Source: Candidatus Eiseniibacteriota bacterium
Lineage (GTDB): Bacteria; Desulfobacterota; Binatia; DP-6
Direction of reading: 5' to 3'
NCBI GenBank assembly: GCA_035577985.1
Contig: DATJZY010000029.1
Span: 23,954-87,953, forward strand
DNA length: 64,000 bases
Both the position numbers and the translations under genes were made by a program. The notes under the pieces are model-generated. The model ran no database searches, was not told the origin of the DNA, and worked only from the letters and a program-made list of their open reading frames with translations. Shown here one piece after another: positions 26,876-36,098 of the stretch; the stretch's first letter is position 1, and each line of letters starts with the position of its first letter.

Positions 26876-27796
26876 ATGACGATGCCGGCGATCCTCGAGG
26901 TGCGCGGAGCGTGCAAGCGCTTCGGGGGCGCCATCGCGCTCGACGGCGTCGATCTCGACGTGCAGCGCGGTGAATGGGTCGGGCTTCTAGGACCGAACGG
27001 CGCCGGCAAGACCACCCTGGTGCGCGCCATCGCCGGCCGCGTCCGGCTGGACGCCGGCAGCATCGCGCTCGCGGGGGGCCCGTCGGACCGCACGGCGCTC
27101 GGGCACCGCGTCGGCCTGGCGCCGCAGGAGAACGCGCTCTACCCGTTCCTCACCGCCCGCGAGAACCTCGAAGTATTCGGCCGCTTGTACGGGCTCGACG
27201 GACCCGAATTGGGCGAGCGCGTCGCCTGGGCGCTCGGCTGGACCGGCCTCGCCGAGCGCGCCGACGAGCGTACGGGCGGGTTCTCGGGCGGGATGAAGCG
27301 GCGGTTGAACCTCGCGTGCGCCGTCCTGCACCGGCCGGGCCTGGTACTGCTCGACGAGCCCACCACCGGCGTCGACCCCCAGAGCCGCGAGCGCATCTTC
27401 GCGATGCTGGCCGAGCTCCGCCGCGACGGAACGGCGCTCCTGCACACGACGCACCAGCTCGGCGAGGCGCAGGGCGTCTGCGAGCGGGTGGTGATCATCG
27501 ATCACGGTCGGGTCGTCGCGGCGGGAGCACCGCTCGAGCTCGTGGAGCGGACCCTCGGGCACGCGCAAGAGGTCGTGGTCACGCTCGATCGTGCCCCGGT
27601 CCCGGCCTCGCTGCCGACGGGGGTGGACGCGCAGGGCCGGATGCTGCGCGTGAGCATGCACGACCTGACCGTCGACCTGGCAATGCTGCTCGGCCGCCTC
27701 CGCGAAGCCGGTTACGGCGTCGACGACGTCCGGGTCGTCCGGCCCGATCTGCAGGCCGTCTTCCTTCACCTCACCGGCCGCGAGCTCCGCGAATGA
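26876..27796 (+). CDS. ABC transporter ATP-binding protein.
   Basis: Walker A (GPNGAGKTT), ABC signature (FSGGMKRRL), Walker B (LVLLDEPT) and H-loop (TTHQLGEA). Confidence 0.85.
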   Translation: MTMPAILEVRGACKRFGGAIALDGVDLDVQRGEWVGLLGPNGAGKTTLVRAIAGRVRLDAGSIALAGGPSDRTALGHRVGLAPQENALYPFLTARENLEVFGRLYGLDGPELGERVAWALGWTGLAERADERTGGFSGGMKRRLNLACAVLHRPGLVLLDEPTTGVDPQSRERIFAMLAELRRDGTALLHTTHQLGEAQGVCERVVIIDHGRVVAAGAPLELVERTLGHAQEVVVTLDRAPVPASLPTGVDAQGRMLRVSMHDLTVDLAMLLGRLREAGYGVDDVRVVRPDLQAVFLHLTGRELRE

Positions 27797-29052
27797 TCGG
27801 ACCCGTCGTCCGCGTCTCGTGGTTGGCGCTCGTCCGCGACCGCTACGCTCTGGTTCTCTCCTTCCTCGTTCCCGTCGCATTCTTCTCGATCCTGGCGCTC
27901 GTCTTCGGCGGGCTCGGGCGTGACACGATGGCTCCGATCCGCGTCGCCGTCGTCGACGAGGATGGAACGGCCGGAAGCGCGCTCCTCGTAGAGGCACTTC
28001 AGAGCGAATCCGGCCTGACGGCCGAGCTGCGGCCAGGCGATCCCGCTCGCACCGCCCGCGAGGCGGCCATCGGCATCGTGCGGCGTGGCGACGCGCCGGC
28101 GGCGATCGTCGTTCCCGAGGACTTCGGCAAGCATTTGGCGCGCTTCCCCGCCGAGACGCTGACCGTCGAGCTCTTCACCGACCGCGCCGCAGATCCCGTC
28201 GCGTACCACGTCGTCGGGGGACTACTGCAGCGAGCCCTCGTGCTGGCGGCGCCGGACCGGCTCGTACGCGGCGTGGCGGATTGGCTCGAGGACGAGGCAG
28301 GAGCGCTGACGCCGGCGCAGCGCCGGCTCGTCGACGACGTCGCGAAGTCCGTCGCCGGAGGAGGCCCCGACGCGGGCAGGACGGTGGCATCGCCCTTCCG
28401 CGTCGCGGTGACCGACGTGCAGGGAGCGGTCGGGCGCGAGGGCAGAGACGCCGTGTCGTACTACGCGGCGGCCATCGGCGTCATGTTCCTGCTGTTCACG
28501 ATGACAACCGCGATGCGCGGCCTCATCGCCGAGGAGGAGACCGGTACGCTGGAGCGTCTCCTCAGCACCAACCTCACCATGGGCCGGCTTCTGCTTGCGC
28601 GCTGGCTGTTCGCCACCGCCCTCGGCTGCGTCCAGCTCGCCGTCATGTTCGTCTGGGGCTGGGCCGTCTTCGGGTTGGATCTCTTCGGGCACGCGCATCT
28701 CGGCGGGGCGGTCGTGATGACCGTTGCGGCCGCGGCGGCTGCCGCGACCTTCGGGCTCGTGCTCGGCGCGGCGTGCCGAACGCAGGCCCAGCTCCAGGGC
28801 CTCGCGACCGTCGTCATCCTCCTCATGTCCGCCCTCGGCGGCAGCATGGTACCCCGCTACCTCATGCCCGAAGCGATGCAGCGTCTCGCGCTCGTGACGT
28901 TCAACGCGTGGGCCGTCAAAGGGTACGAGAAGGTCTTCTGGCGCGACGCATCCCTGACCGCGCTCTGGCCCGAGGTCTCGATGCTCGCCGCCATGACGTT
29001 GGTCGGCCTGGTCATCGCGCGCCGCTTGGCACGGCGTTGGGAATCGGTCTGA
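27793..29052 (+). CDS. ABC-2 type transporter permease.
   Basis: ATGA overlap with the ATPase gene. It has one N-terminal transmembrane helix, a large loop, then about five C-terminal helices. This is the ABC-2 exporter architecture. Confidence 0.8.
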   Translation: MIGPVVRVSWLALVRDRYALVLSFLVPVAFFSILALVFGGLGRDTMAPIRVAVVDEDGTAGSALLVEALQSESGLTAELRPGDPARTAREAAIGIVRRGDAPAAIVVPEDFGKHLARFPAETLTVELFTDRAADPVAYHVVGGLLQRALVLAAPDRLVRGVADWLEDEAGALTPAQRRLVDDVAKSVAGGGPDAGRTVASPFRVAVTDVQGAVGREGRDAVSYYAAAIGVMFLLFTMTTAMRGLIAEEETGTLERLLSTNLTMGRLLLARWLFATALGCVQLAVMFVWGWAVFGLDLFGHAHLGGAVVMTVAAAAAAATFGLVLGAACRTQAQLQGLATVVILLMSALGGSMVPRYLMPEAMQRLALVTFNAWAVKGYEKVFWRDASLTALWPEVSMLAAMTLVGLVIARRLARRWESV

Positions 29053-29094
29053 GCACGCTTCCCACGTCGTGGTCGGATCGCTAATCTCTGCCGG

Positions 29095-30606
29095 ATGCGC
29101 GCCATCGTCATCGGGAGCGGCTTCGGGGGTCTTGCGGCTGCGGTGCGTCTCGCGATCAAGGGATACGAGGTCACGATCGTCGAGAAGCGCGACCGCCCCG
29201 GCGGCCGCGCAGCCGTCTTCGAGCAGGACGGCTTCACCTTCGACGCCGGCCCGACCATCATCACGGCGCCGTACCTGTTCGAGGATCTCTTCGCGCTCGC
29301 GGGGCGGCGGATCGCGGACTACGTGCGGTTGTTCCCGGTCGATCCCTTCTATCGGATCCGTTTCGACGACGGGACGGTCTTCGTCTACTCGGGGGACCCC
29401 GAGCGCATGCGGGCCGAGGTCCGACGCGTCGCTCCCGACGACGTGGCCGGCTACGAAGGCTTCATGGAGCGGAGCCGGCAGATCTTCGAGAAGGGCTACC
29501 TCGAGCTGGGCCACGTGCCGTTCCTCACCCCGTGGTCGATGGCGCGCGCGGTGCCGAGCCTCGTTCGCTTGGAATGCTACCGCAGCGTCCTCGGCCTCGT
29601 GCGACGGCACATCCGGAACCCGAAGCTGCGGCAGGTCTTCTCGTTCCATCCGTTGCTGGTGGGCGGCGACCCGCAGCACGCGCCGGCAATCTATGCACTC
29701 ATCTGCCACCTCGAGCGTACGTGGGGCGTGCACTTCGCGGAGGGTGGTATGGGGGCCGTGGTGCAGGCACTGGTGAGGCTCGCGGAGGAGCTCGGCGTCG
29801 TGCTGCGCCTCGGCGCCCCCGTCGAACAGATCGACATCACCGCCGGACGGGCGCGGGGTGTGCGACTCGCAGGCGGCGAGCGGATCGACGCGGATCTCGT
29901 CGTCTGCAACGGGGACGTGTCGTGGACGTACCAACACCTGATCGATCCCCGCCATCGTCCGTCGAACAGCGATCGCAAACTGCTGGGCATGCGCTACAGC
30001 ATGAGCCTTTTCCTCATCTACTTCGGAACCGACCGGACGTACCCGGACCTCGCCCACCACACGATCGTGCTCGGGCCGCGCTACGAAGGGCTCCTGGACG
30101 ACGTCTTCCGGCACCGGCGCCTCGCCGCGGACATGAGCCTCTACCTGCACGCGCCGACGCGCTCGGACACCTCGCTCGCGCCGCCGGGCTGTGAGGCCTT
30201 CTACGTGCTCTCGCCCGTGCCGAACCTCGCGGCCGACGTGGACTGGGCGACGATCAGGGAGCGCTATCGCGACGCCGTGTACGATCGGCTCGAGCGGACG
30301 TGCCTCCCGGATCTGCGCAACCACGTCGTGACCGAGCGTCTGTTCACGCCGGACGACTTCCGGAGCGAGCTCTGGAGCCACCTGGGTGCGGCGTTCAGCT
30401 TCGAGCCCACGCTCATGCAGAGCGCCTACTTCCGGGGCCACAACCGGTGCCCCGACGTCCAGAACCTCTACTTCGTCGGCGCCGGCACCCACCCGGGCGC
30501 GGGCCTCCCGGGAGTGCTGTCGAGCGCGCGCGTCACCGACTCGCTCATACCGCGGGCCCCGGATGCCCGTGTGCGACCGGCCGAGCGTCGTGCTGCAGCC
30601 GGCTGA
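29095..30606 (+). CDS. crtI: Phytoene desaturase (CrtI family).
   Basis: FAD-binding N-terminus MRAIVIGSGFGGLAAAVRLAIKGYEVTIVEKRDRPGGRA, CrtI-typical length (503 aa) and C-terminal YFVGAGTHPGAGLPGV motif. Confidence 0.85.
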   Translation: MRAIVIGSGFGGLAAAVRLAIKGYEVTIVEKRDRPGGRAAVFEQDGFTFDAGPTIITAPYLFEDLFALAGRRIADYVRLFPVDPFYRIRFDDGTVFVYSGDPERMRAEVRRVAPDDVAGYEGFMERSRQIFEKGYLELGHVPFLTPWSMARAVPSLVRLECYRSVLGLVRRHIRNPKLRQVFSFHPLLVGGDPQHAPAIYALICHLERTWGVHFAEGGMGAVVQALVRLAEELGVVLRLGAPVEQIDITAGRARGVRLAGGERIDADLVVCNGDVSWTYQHLIDPRHRPSNSDRKLLGMRYSMSLFLIYFGTDRTYPDLAHHTIVLGPRYEGLLDDVFRHRRLAADMSLYLHAPTRSDTSLAPPGCEAFYVLSPVPNLAADVDWATIRERYRDAVYDRLERTCLPDLRNHVVTERLFTPDDFRSELWSHLGAAFSFEPTLMQSAYFRGHNRCPDVQNLYFVGAGTHPGAGLPGVLSSARVTDSLIPRAPDARVRPAERRAAAG

Positions 30607-31537
30607 GAACGCGGCGGCCGACCTGGCCCACTGCCGCGCGGCGATCCACCGGCACTCGCGGAGCTTCTACGCCGCGTCGCGGCTCTTGCCCGCGCGGGTA
30701 CGGGACGCCGCGGTCGCCACCTATGCGTTCTGCCGCGCCGCCGACGACGCCGTCGACGAGGCCGGGAGCGCGATCGACGCGCGTATCCGGCACGCGGCCG
30801 TCCTCCGACGGCTCGATCGCATCTACCGCGGGGAGCCCGTGGACACCGCTTCGGGTCGTGCCTTCGCGCTGGTCGTCGCGGCCGCCCGCATTCCGCGCGA
30901 GGAGCCCGAAGCTCTGCTGGCCGGCATGGCCCAGGACCTGGGCCCCGTCCGCATCGCCGACGAGGACGCCCTGCTCCTCTATTGCTATCGGGCCGCGGGC
31001 GTCGTCGGGCGCATGATGAGCCGCATCATGGGCAGGAGCGACGCCGCCGCGCTCGGACGTGCGGCGCACCTCGGCATCGCCATGCAACTCACGAACATCG
31101 CACGCGACGTCGGCGAGGACACGACGCGCGATCGCATCTATCTGCCGTCGGGGTGGCTGGCCGAGGCCGGCGGCTCGGAGACGGAGGTGTTGGCTGCACG
31201 GGCGACGCCGGCGGTTCGGCGCGTGACGCTCCGGGTCCTCGGGCTCGCCGAGCTCTACTACGACAGTGGCATCGCGGGCATCGGCATGCTGCCCGCGTCG
31301 TGTCGCCCGGCGATCCTGTCGGCCGCGCTGCTCTACCGCGCGATCGGCCGGCGGGTCGCCGCTCGCGACGGCGACGGCGTGACCGAGCGAGCTCGCGTGA
31401 GCGGGATCGGGAAGGCCGGTCTCATCGCCGTCGCGGCGGTGCGCTGTGCAATCGATCCGCGGCTGCGCCGGCGCACGACGCGACCGGACGCGTCGCACCT
31501 GGATGCATCGCTCCGTCGCACTGGCGTGTTGCCATGA
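30563..31537 (+). CDS. crtB: Phytoene synthase (CrtB, squalene/phytoene synthase family).
   Basis: Family blocks YAFCRAADDAVDE (Asp-rich motif 1), IAMQLTNIARDVGEDTTRDRIYLP (motif 2), and a SQS/PSY-like length. It overlaps the 3' end of crtI. Confidence 0.85.
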   Translation: MPVCDRPSVVLQPAENAAADLAHCRAAIHRHSRSFYAASRLLPARVRDAAVATYAFCRAADDAVDEAGSAIDARIRHAAVLRRLDRIYRGEPVDTASGRAFALVVAAARIPREEPEALLAGMAQDLGPVRIADEDALLLYCYRAAGVVGRMMSRIMGRSDAAALGRAAHLGIAMQLTNIARDVGEDTTRDRIYLPSGWLAEAGGSETEVLAARATPAVRRVTLRVLGLAELYYDSGIAGIGMLPASCRPAILSAALLYRAIGRRVAARDGDGVTERARVSGIGKAGLIAVAAVRCAIDPRLRRRTTRPDASHLDASLRRTGVLP

Positions 31538-32106
31538 GACATCCGCGCTTCCAGGCGCTGCGGGCCGCCGTGTGCGCCGTCGTGGTGACGGCCGGCGCGC
31601 TGGTCGGCAGCGGGGCGGCGGCCGAGGATCCGCTCGCCGGCATCGTGCTCGACGACACGACCGGCCGCTCGTGGCATCTGGACGAGCTTCGGAACGCGCC
31701 CGTCCTGTTGATCATCGCCGACCGCAGGGCTCCCGAACAGGCGACCCAGTGGGGAGAGCGCCTGGCCGCGCGGGCGCTGCCCGTGGCTCCCTGGCGTGAC
31801 CACGGCAAGGTCGTCTGGCTCTCGGTCGCCGACCTGCGCCGCGTCCCGGATTACGCGCGCGATTCCGCCCGGGAACGCGTGCGCGACGAGGAGACGGGTC
31901 GCAGCCAGGACGAGCGACGCCAGCGCTCGCCACTGCTGCTCGATTGGAGCGGGCTCCTCGCCGAGCGCTTCGGGGCCGAGCGCGGAGAGGCTCTCGTCGT
32001 GCTGCTGGCGGCGGATCGACGCCGGCTCGTGGATGCGCGCGGCGCGCCGACGGACGCGACGGTCACCCGACTCGCCGACGCGATCACGACCGCCGCGACG
32101 CCGTGA
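31534..32106 (+). CDS. Hypothetical exported protein (190 aa).
   Basis: ATGA overlap with the crtB stop. Signal-peptide-like N-terminus MRHPRFQALRAAVCAVVVTAGALVGSGAAA. No recognisable catalytic motif. Confidence 0.5.
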   Translation: MRHPRFQALRAAVCAVVVTAGALVGSGAAAEDPLAGIVLDDTTGRSWHLDELRNAPVLLIIADRRAPEQATQWGERLAARALPVAPWRDHGKVVWLSVADLRRVPDYARDSARERVRDEETGRSQDERRQRSPLLLDWSGLLAERFGAERGEALVVLLAADRRRLVDARGAPTDATVTRLADAITTAATP

Positions 32107-32707
32107 CGGACGGCGGCGCCCCAGGGACGACTCGGTTCGGATATGGGACGTCGATGCGCAGGGTCCCGAAGGCGCGATCGAAGATCGACAGGGTGGCACT
32201 GTAGTTGCAGTCGCGGCGCCGATGATGCGCCTCGTGGATGCGCGGCGTGACGTACCAGTTGAGCACGGGAACCCGCTGCCACCAATCGGGGAGCACCTCG
32301 CGGCCGCAATGCGCCAGCACGATGCTTCCCGAGAGGAAGACGCTGACCACGACGAGGGAGACGAGATGGATCGGGACGAGCGACATCGCCACCGGCATGA
32401 AGCCGATGATCAGCAGGGCCTCGAGGGGGTGGAACGCGAACGCGGTCAGCACCGTCGGCGCGGTGGAGCGATGGTGGACGGCGTGAATGCTCCGGTACAG
32501 GACCCGCGTGTGCAGCAGGCGATGCAGGACGTAGAAATAGACGTCGAAGAGCAGCACGTATCCGAGCACCTCGCCCGCGAAGGCGAGGCCCGTCGGGCAC
32601 TCGGTGGCGACGTGGAGCACGCCGCCCAGGACGAGGAACGTCGTGGCCATCCCCGTCGCGGTCACGAGGGCGAGCGTCACGATCGAATGACGCAGGTCGT
32701 GCTCCAC
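32084..32707 (-). CDS. Fatty-acid hydroxylase superfamily membrane protein, probably a carotene hydroxylase (CrtZ-like).
   Basis: Four transmembrane segments and the His-box motifs HRLLH, HAVHH and HEAHH, at CrtZ-like size (207 aa). It lies inside the carotenoid cluster. Confidence 0.7.
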   Translation of the reverse strand: MEHDLRHSIVTLALVTATGMATTFLVLGGVLHVATECPTGLAFAGEVLGYVLLFDVYFYVLHRLLHTRVLYRSIHAVHHRSTAPTVLTAFAFHPLEALLIIGFMPVAMSLVPIHLVSLVVVSVFLSGSIVLAHCGREVLPDWWQRVPVLNWYVTPRIHEAHHRRRDCNYSATLSIFDRAFGTLRIDVPYPNRVVPGAPPSVTASRRS

Positions 32708-32823
32708 CGACCTCCCCTGCTAGGGATTCGACCCGCTCGAAGCAAGGGCGTCGATGCCCTCGACAGAACCGGGGGCGCCGCCTACTGTCCCGCGGTCGAG
32801 AGCATGAAGCTGGTGCAGGCGGC

Positions 32824-33861
32824 ATGAAGCTGGGCCCGAACGTGCGCGAAGGCGCGGCGCCGGCGGTCGAGACGGCGCAGCTCGAGGCCGTCTGGCCCCG
32901 GCGATTCGATCTCGATCCGATCCGCGCCCTGCTCGGCGCCGAGGCCGATCAGGCGCTCTGCGACGTCCTCGCCAGCCGGGTGAACGCCCCCATCTGGAGT
33001 CTCGCCGATCGCGGCGGGAAGCGTTGGCGACCGACGATCTCCCGGCTCGCATTCCAGGCGGTCGGCGGCGCACCGCCGGTCCCGGAAGCGATCTGCCAGG
33101 TGGCCGAGGTCCTGCACACGGGGAGCCTCATCGTCGACGACATCCAGGACGGCGCCACCGAGCGGCGCGGGGGCCCTGCGGCGCACGTCGCCTTCGGCAT
33201 GCCCACCGCTCTCAACGCGGCGAACGCCGCCTACTTTCGCGCCCTCGAGATCCTGCGCCGTGCGCTGCCGGACGACCTGCGGCTGCGGGCGCTCGACATG
33301 CTGGCCGAAGAGCTGTTTGCGGCGCATCTCGGCCAGGCGCTCGACCTCGCGCTGGCGCCCCATTTCCGTCGCACGACGTTGCGGAGCGCGCACTACTTCG
33401 TGCTCGCCCGTGCGAAGACCGGGGCTCTCGTGCGGATCGCGGCACGCCTCGGGGCGATCGCGGCCGACGCGACGGCCGCCCACGAGACCGCGCTCGGCGA
33501 GTGGGCGAGCGAGCTCGGCGTCGCCTACCAGATCGACAACGATCTCGACGATCTCGCTTCCGACATGCAGGACGTCATGGCCTGCCGGCCCACCTACCCG
33601 CTCCTGCTGATCCTCGAGCAGGGCGGCCCCGGTGCGGCGACGCTGAGCGCCCGCCTCGGACGACCGACCCTCGCCGACGGCGACATCCGTGAGCTGCGCA
33701 ACCTCTTCGTGCGCGAGCGGGTCGCGGAGCGCGGGCGTGCCGCCGCCCGGCGCTCGACCAAGCGCGCGCTGGAGGCCATCCGGACGCTTCCCGCGAGCGA
33801 GTCGCGCGACGCCCTCGAGCGGATGACGCACGAGCTCGCCGGTGACCCGCTGCGTCCGTGA
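32824..33861 (+). CDS. crtE: Polyprenyl (geranylgeranyl) diphosphate synthase (CrtE-like).
   Basis: First Asp-rich motif LIVDDIQDG and second motif QIDNDLDD. It sits within the carotenoid cluster. Confidence 0.8.
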   Translation: MKLGPNVREGAAPAVETAQLEAVWPRRFDLDPIRALLGAEADQALCDVLASRVNAPIWSLADRGGKRWRPTISRLAFQAVGGAPPVPEAICQVAEVLHTGSLIVDDIQDGATERRGGPAAHVAFGMPTALNAANAAYFRALEILRRALPDDLRLRALDMLAEELFAAHLGQALDLALAPHFRRTTLRSAHYFVLARAKTGALVRIAARLGAIAADATAAHETALGEWASELGVAYQIDNDLDDLASDMQDVMACRPTYPLLLILEQGGPGAATLSARLGRPTLADGDIRELRNLFVRERVAERGRAAARRSTKRALEAIRTLPASESRDALERMTHELAGDPLRP

Positions 33862-36098
33862 GCATGGCGACAGAGTACCTGCTCTTCAATCTCGTCGTCA
33901 TCGCCGGTCCGTTGGCGCTCGGGCGATGGCGGGCGACCTCGTTCCGCGGCCGGTGGCTTCCGGCCCTCGCGGCCGCGCTCACGGTCGCGGTGCCGTTCAT
34001 CGCGTGGGACGTCCTCGTGACCGGACGGCACTGGTTCTTCAACGTGGCGCCGACGGCGATCCGGCCCCTCGGATTGCCGCTCGGCGAATGGGCCTTCTTC
34101 CTGAGCGTGCCTCTCGCCTGCGCCTTCACGTGGGAGATGCTGACGGGCGGCGTCGATCGGGCCCCGGCGCGTCGCACCCCGGCGATCTGGACGGCGGTGG
34201 CCATCCTCCTGGCTGCGGGCGCGGCCGCGTGGAGCCGGGGGCTCGAGTACACGGCCGTCGCGGGTGCGGCCCTCGCGTGCGTGGTGACCCTCGACACGAT
34301 GGGCGGCGGCCTCGTCGTGCGCCACCGGCGCTTCGTGCCGTTCGCCCTCGCGGTCCTCGGATTCACCACGATCTTCAACGGGTACCTGACTGCGCGCCCG
34401 CTGGTGCTCTACGACGCCCGCTACCAGCTCGATTTCCGCATCGGCACGATCCCGGTCGAGGACTTCATCTACGGCCTGGCGCTGGTGGTGGCCAACGTCG
34501 CGCTCTTCGAACGCGTGCGCGATCGAATGAAGGCGCCGCGTACGCCGCCGGGCGACACCGTCATCCGGCGCATGATCCGCATGCGACTCGGAGGCTATCG
34601 CCAGCAGGTGAACGTCGCGCGTCCGGGGACGGCGCCGCGCCTCGCGCGGCCACGCCGGGTCGCCGTGGTCGGCGCCGGCCTCGCCGGCCTACGGGCCGCC
34701 ACGCTGCTGGGCGACCGGGGGTTCGGGGTCCATCTCCTCGAGAAGGCCCGTCACCTCGGCGGCAAGATCGGCGCCTGGCAGCACCGCCTGGGGGACGGGA
34801 CCACGGTGGAGGTCGAGCACGGGTTCCATGCCTTCTTTCGTCACTACTACAACCTCGGCCGATTCATGGACGAGGTCGGCGCCTCGCGGTACCTGCGTCC
34901 GATCGACGACTACCGGATCCTGACGCGTGGCGGGGAAGCATACGGGTTCAAGGATCTCGAGACCGCGCCGGTGCAGAACATCCTGGCGATGCTGAAGACG
35001 CCGATGCTACGCCTTCGCGACGTCCTCATGCGCCCGCGGCTCGCGCGGCTCACCGCGCTGCTCGCCTACGATCCGCAGCGCACGTTCGCGCGGTACGACA
35101 ACGTGTCGTTCGACGCCTTCGCCGACCAGGCGGACCTGCCGCCCGCCCTGCGTCTCGTGTTCTACACCTTCGCGCGTGCCTTCTTCGCCACGCCGGATCG
35201 GATGTCGGCGGCCGAGGTCATCAAGAGCTTCCACTTCTTCTACCTCTCCCACGATCGCGGGCTGCTCTACGACCATCCGTCGGACACCTACGGGCGTACG
35301 GTGCTGGAGCCCATGCAGGCCCGCCTCGACGCGGTCGGGGTGACACTCCGGCTCGGTGTGGAGGTCGGGACGATCGCGCGCGAGGGCGACGGCTTTCGGA
35401 TCGGCGACGAGCCGTTCGACTACCTCGTGCTCGCGCCCGACGTCGTCGGCGCGCGGACGATCGCGGACGCGTCGCCGGACCTCCGTCGGATCGCGCCTGA
35501 AGCCGTGGCGAAGCTGAGCGCTCTGCGTCCGTCGCAGCCTCATGCCGTCCTCCGCCTGTGGATGGACCAGCCGTCGGGATCCGATCTCCCCGGCTTCGTC
35601 ATCACCGACAGGAAGGAGCTGCTCGATTCCATCACGTTCTTCCACCGCGTCGAGGAGAGCTCGGCCGCGTGGGCTACGCGAAGCGGGGGCAGCGTGCTCG
35701 AGCTGCACTGCTACGCCGTGCCGGACGGCGTCCGGGAATCGGCGATCGCGGAGACCCTGAAGGAAGAGCTGTTCGACTATCTTCCGGCCCTGCGTCGGGC
35801 CCGCGTTCTCGGGGAGCACCTCCAGTTGAATCGCAACTTCACGGCATTTCACACGGGCATGCACGAGCGCCGCCCGACGGTGGAGACCGAGGATTCCCGT
35901 CTCGTGCTGGCCGGAGACTGGGTCGCGTTGCCGCTGCCCGCCATGCTGATGGAGGCCGCGGTGACGTCGGGGCTCGAGGCAGCCAACGCCATCCTGCGGC
36001 AGGAGGGCGTCCGCGAAGAGCCCGTGTACTCGGTCCCGCTACGCGGCCTGCTCGCGCGATCGGCGCGCGGGTCGCGTTCCGCCCAGAGCGAATCCTAG
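33858..36098 (+). CDS. Fusion protein: N-terminal lycopene-cyclase domain (CrtYcd-type, ~230 aa, 6–7 TM) plus a C-terminal CrtI/amine-oxidase-superfamily FAD-dependent oxidoreductase (~500 aa).
   Basis: ATGA overlap with crtE. The N-terminal hydrophobic region has the paired-half pattern of heterodimeric lycopene cyclase domains. A dinucleotide-binding motif RRVAVVGAGLAGLRAATLLGDRGFGVHLLEKARHLGGK follows, with a long CrtI-like C-terminus. Confidence 0.7.
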   Translation: MSMATEYLLFNLVVIAGPLALGRWRATSFRGRWLPALAAALTVAVPFIAWDVLVTGRHWFFNVAPTAIRPLGLPLGEWAFFLSVPLACAFTWEMLTGGVDRAPARRTPAIWTAVAILLAAGAAAWSRGLEYTAVAGAALACVVTLDTMGGGLVVRHRRFVPFALAVLGFTTIFNGYLTARPLVLYDARYQLDFRIGTIPVEDFIYGLALVVANVALFERVRDRMKAPRTPPGDTVIRRMIRMRLGGYRQQVNVARPGTAPRLARPRRVAVVGAGLAGLRAATLLGDRGFGVHLLEKARHLGGKIGAWQHRLGDGTTVEVEHGFHAFFRHYYNLGRFMDEVGASRYLRPIDDYRILTRGGEAYGFKDLETAPVQNILAMLKTPMLRLRDVLMRPRLARLTALLAYDPQRTFARYDNVSFDAFADQADLPPALRLVFYTFARAFFATPDRMSAAEVIKSFHFFYLSHDRGLLYDHPSDTYGRTVLEPMQARLDAVGVTLRLGVEVGTIAREGDGFRIGDEPFDYLVLAPDVVGARTIADASPDLRRIAPEAVAKLSALRPSQPHAVLRLWMDQPSGSDLPGFVITDRKELLDSITFFHRVEESSAAWATRSGGSVLELHCYAVPDGVRESAIAETLKEELFDYLPALRRARVLGEHLQLNRNFTAFHTGMHERRPTVETEDSRLVLAGDWVALPLPAMLMEAAVTSGLEAANAILRQEGVREEPVYSVPLRGLLARSARGSRSAQSES

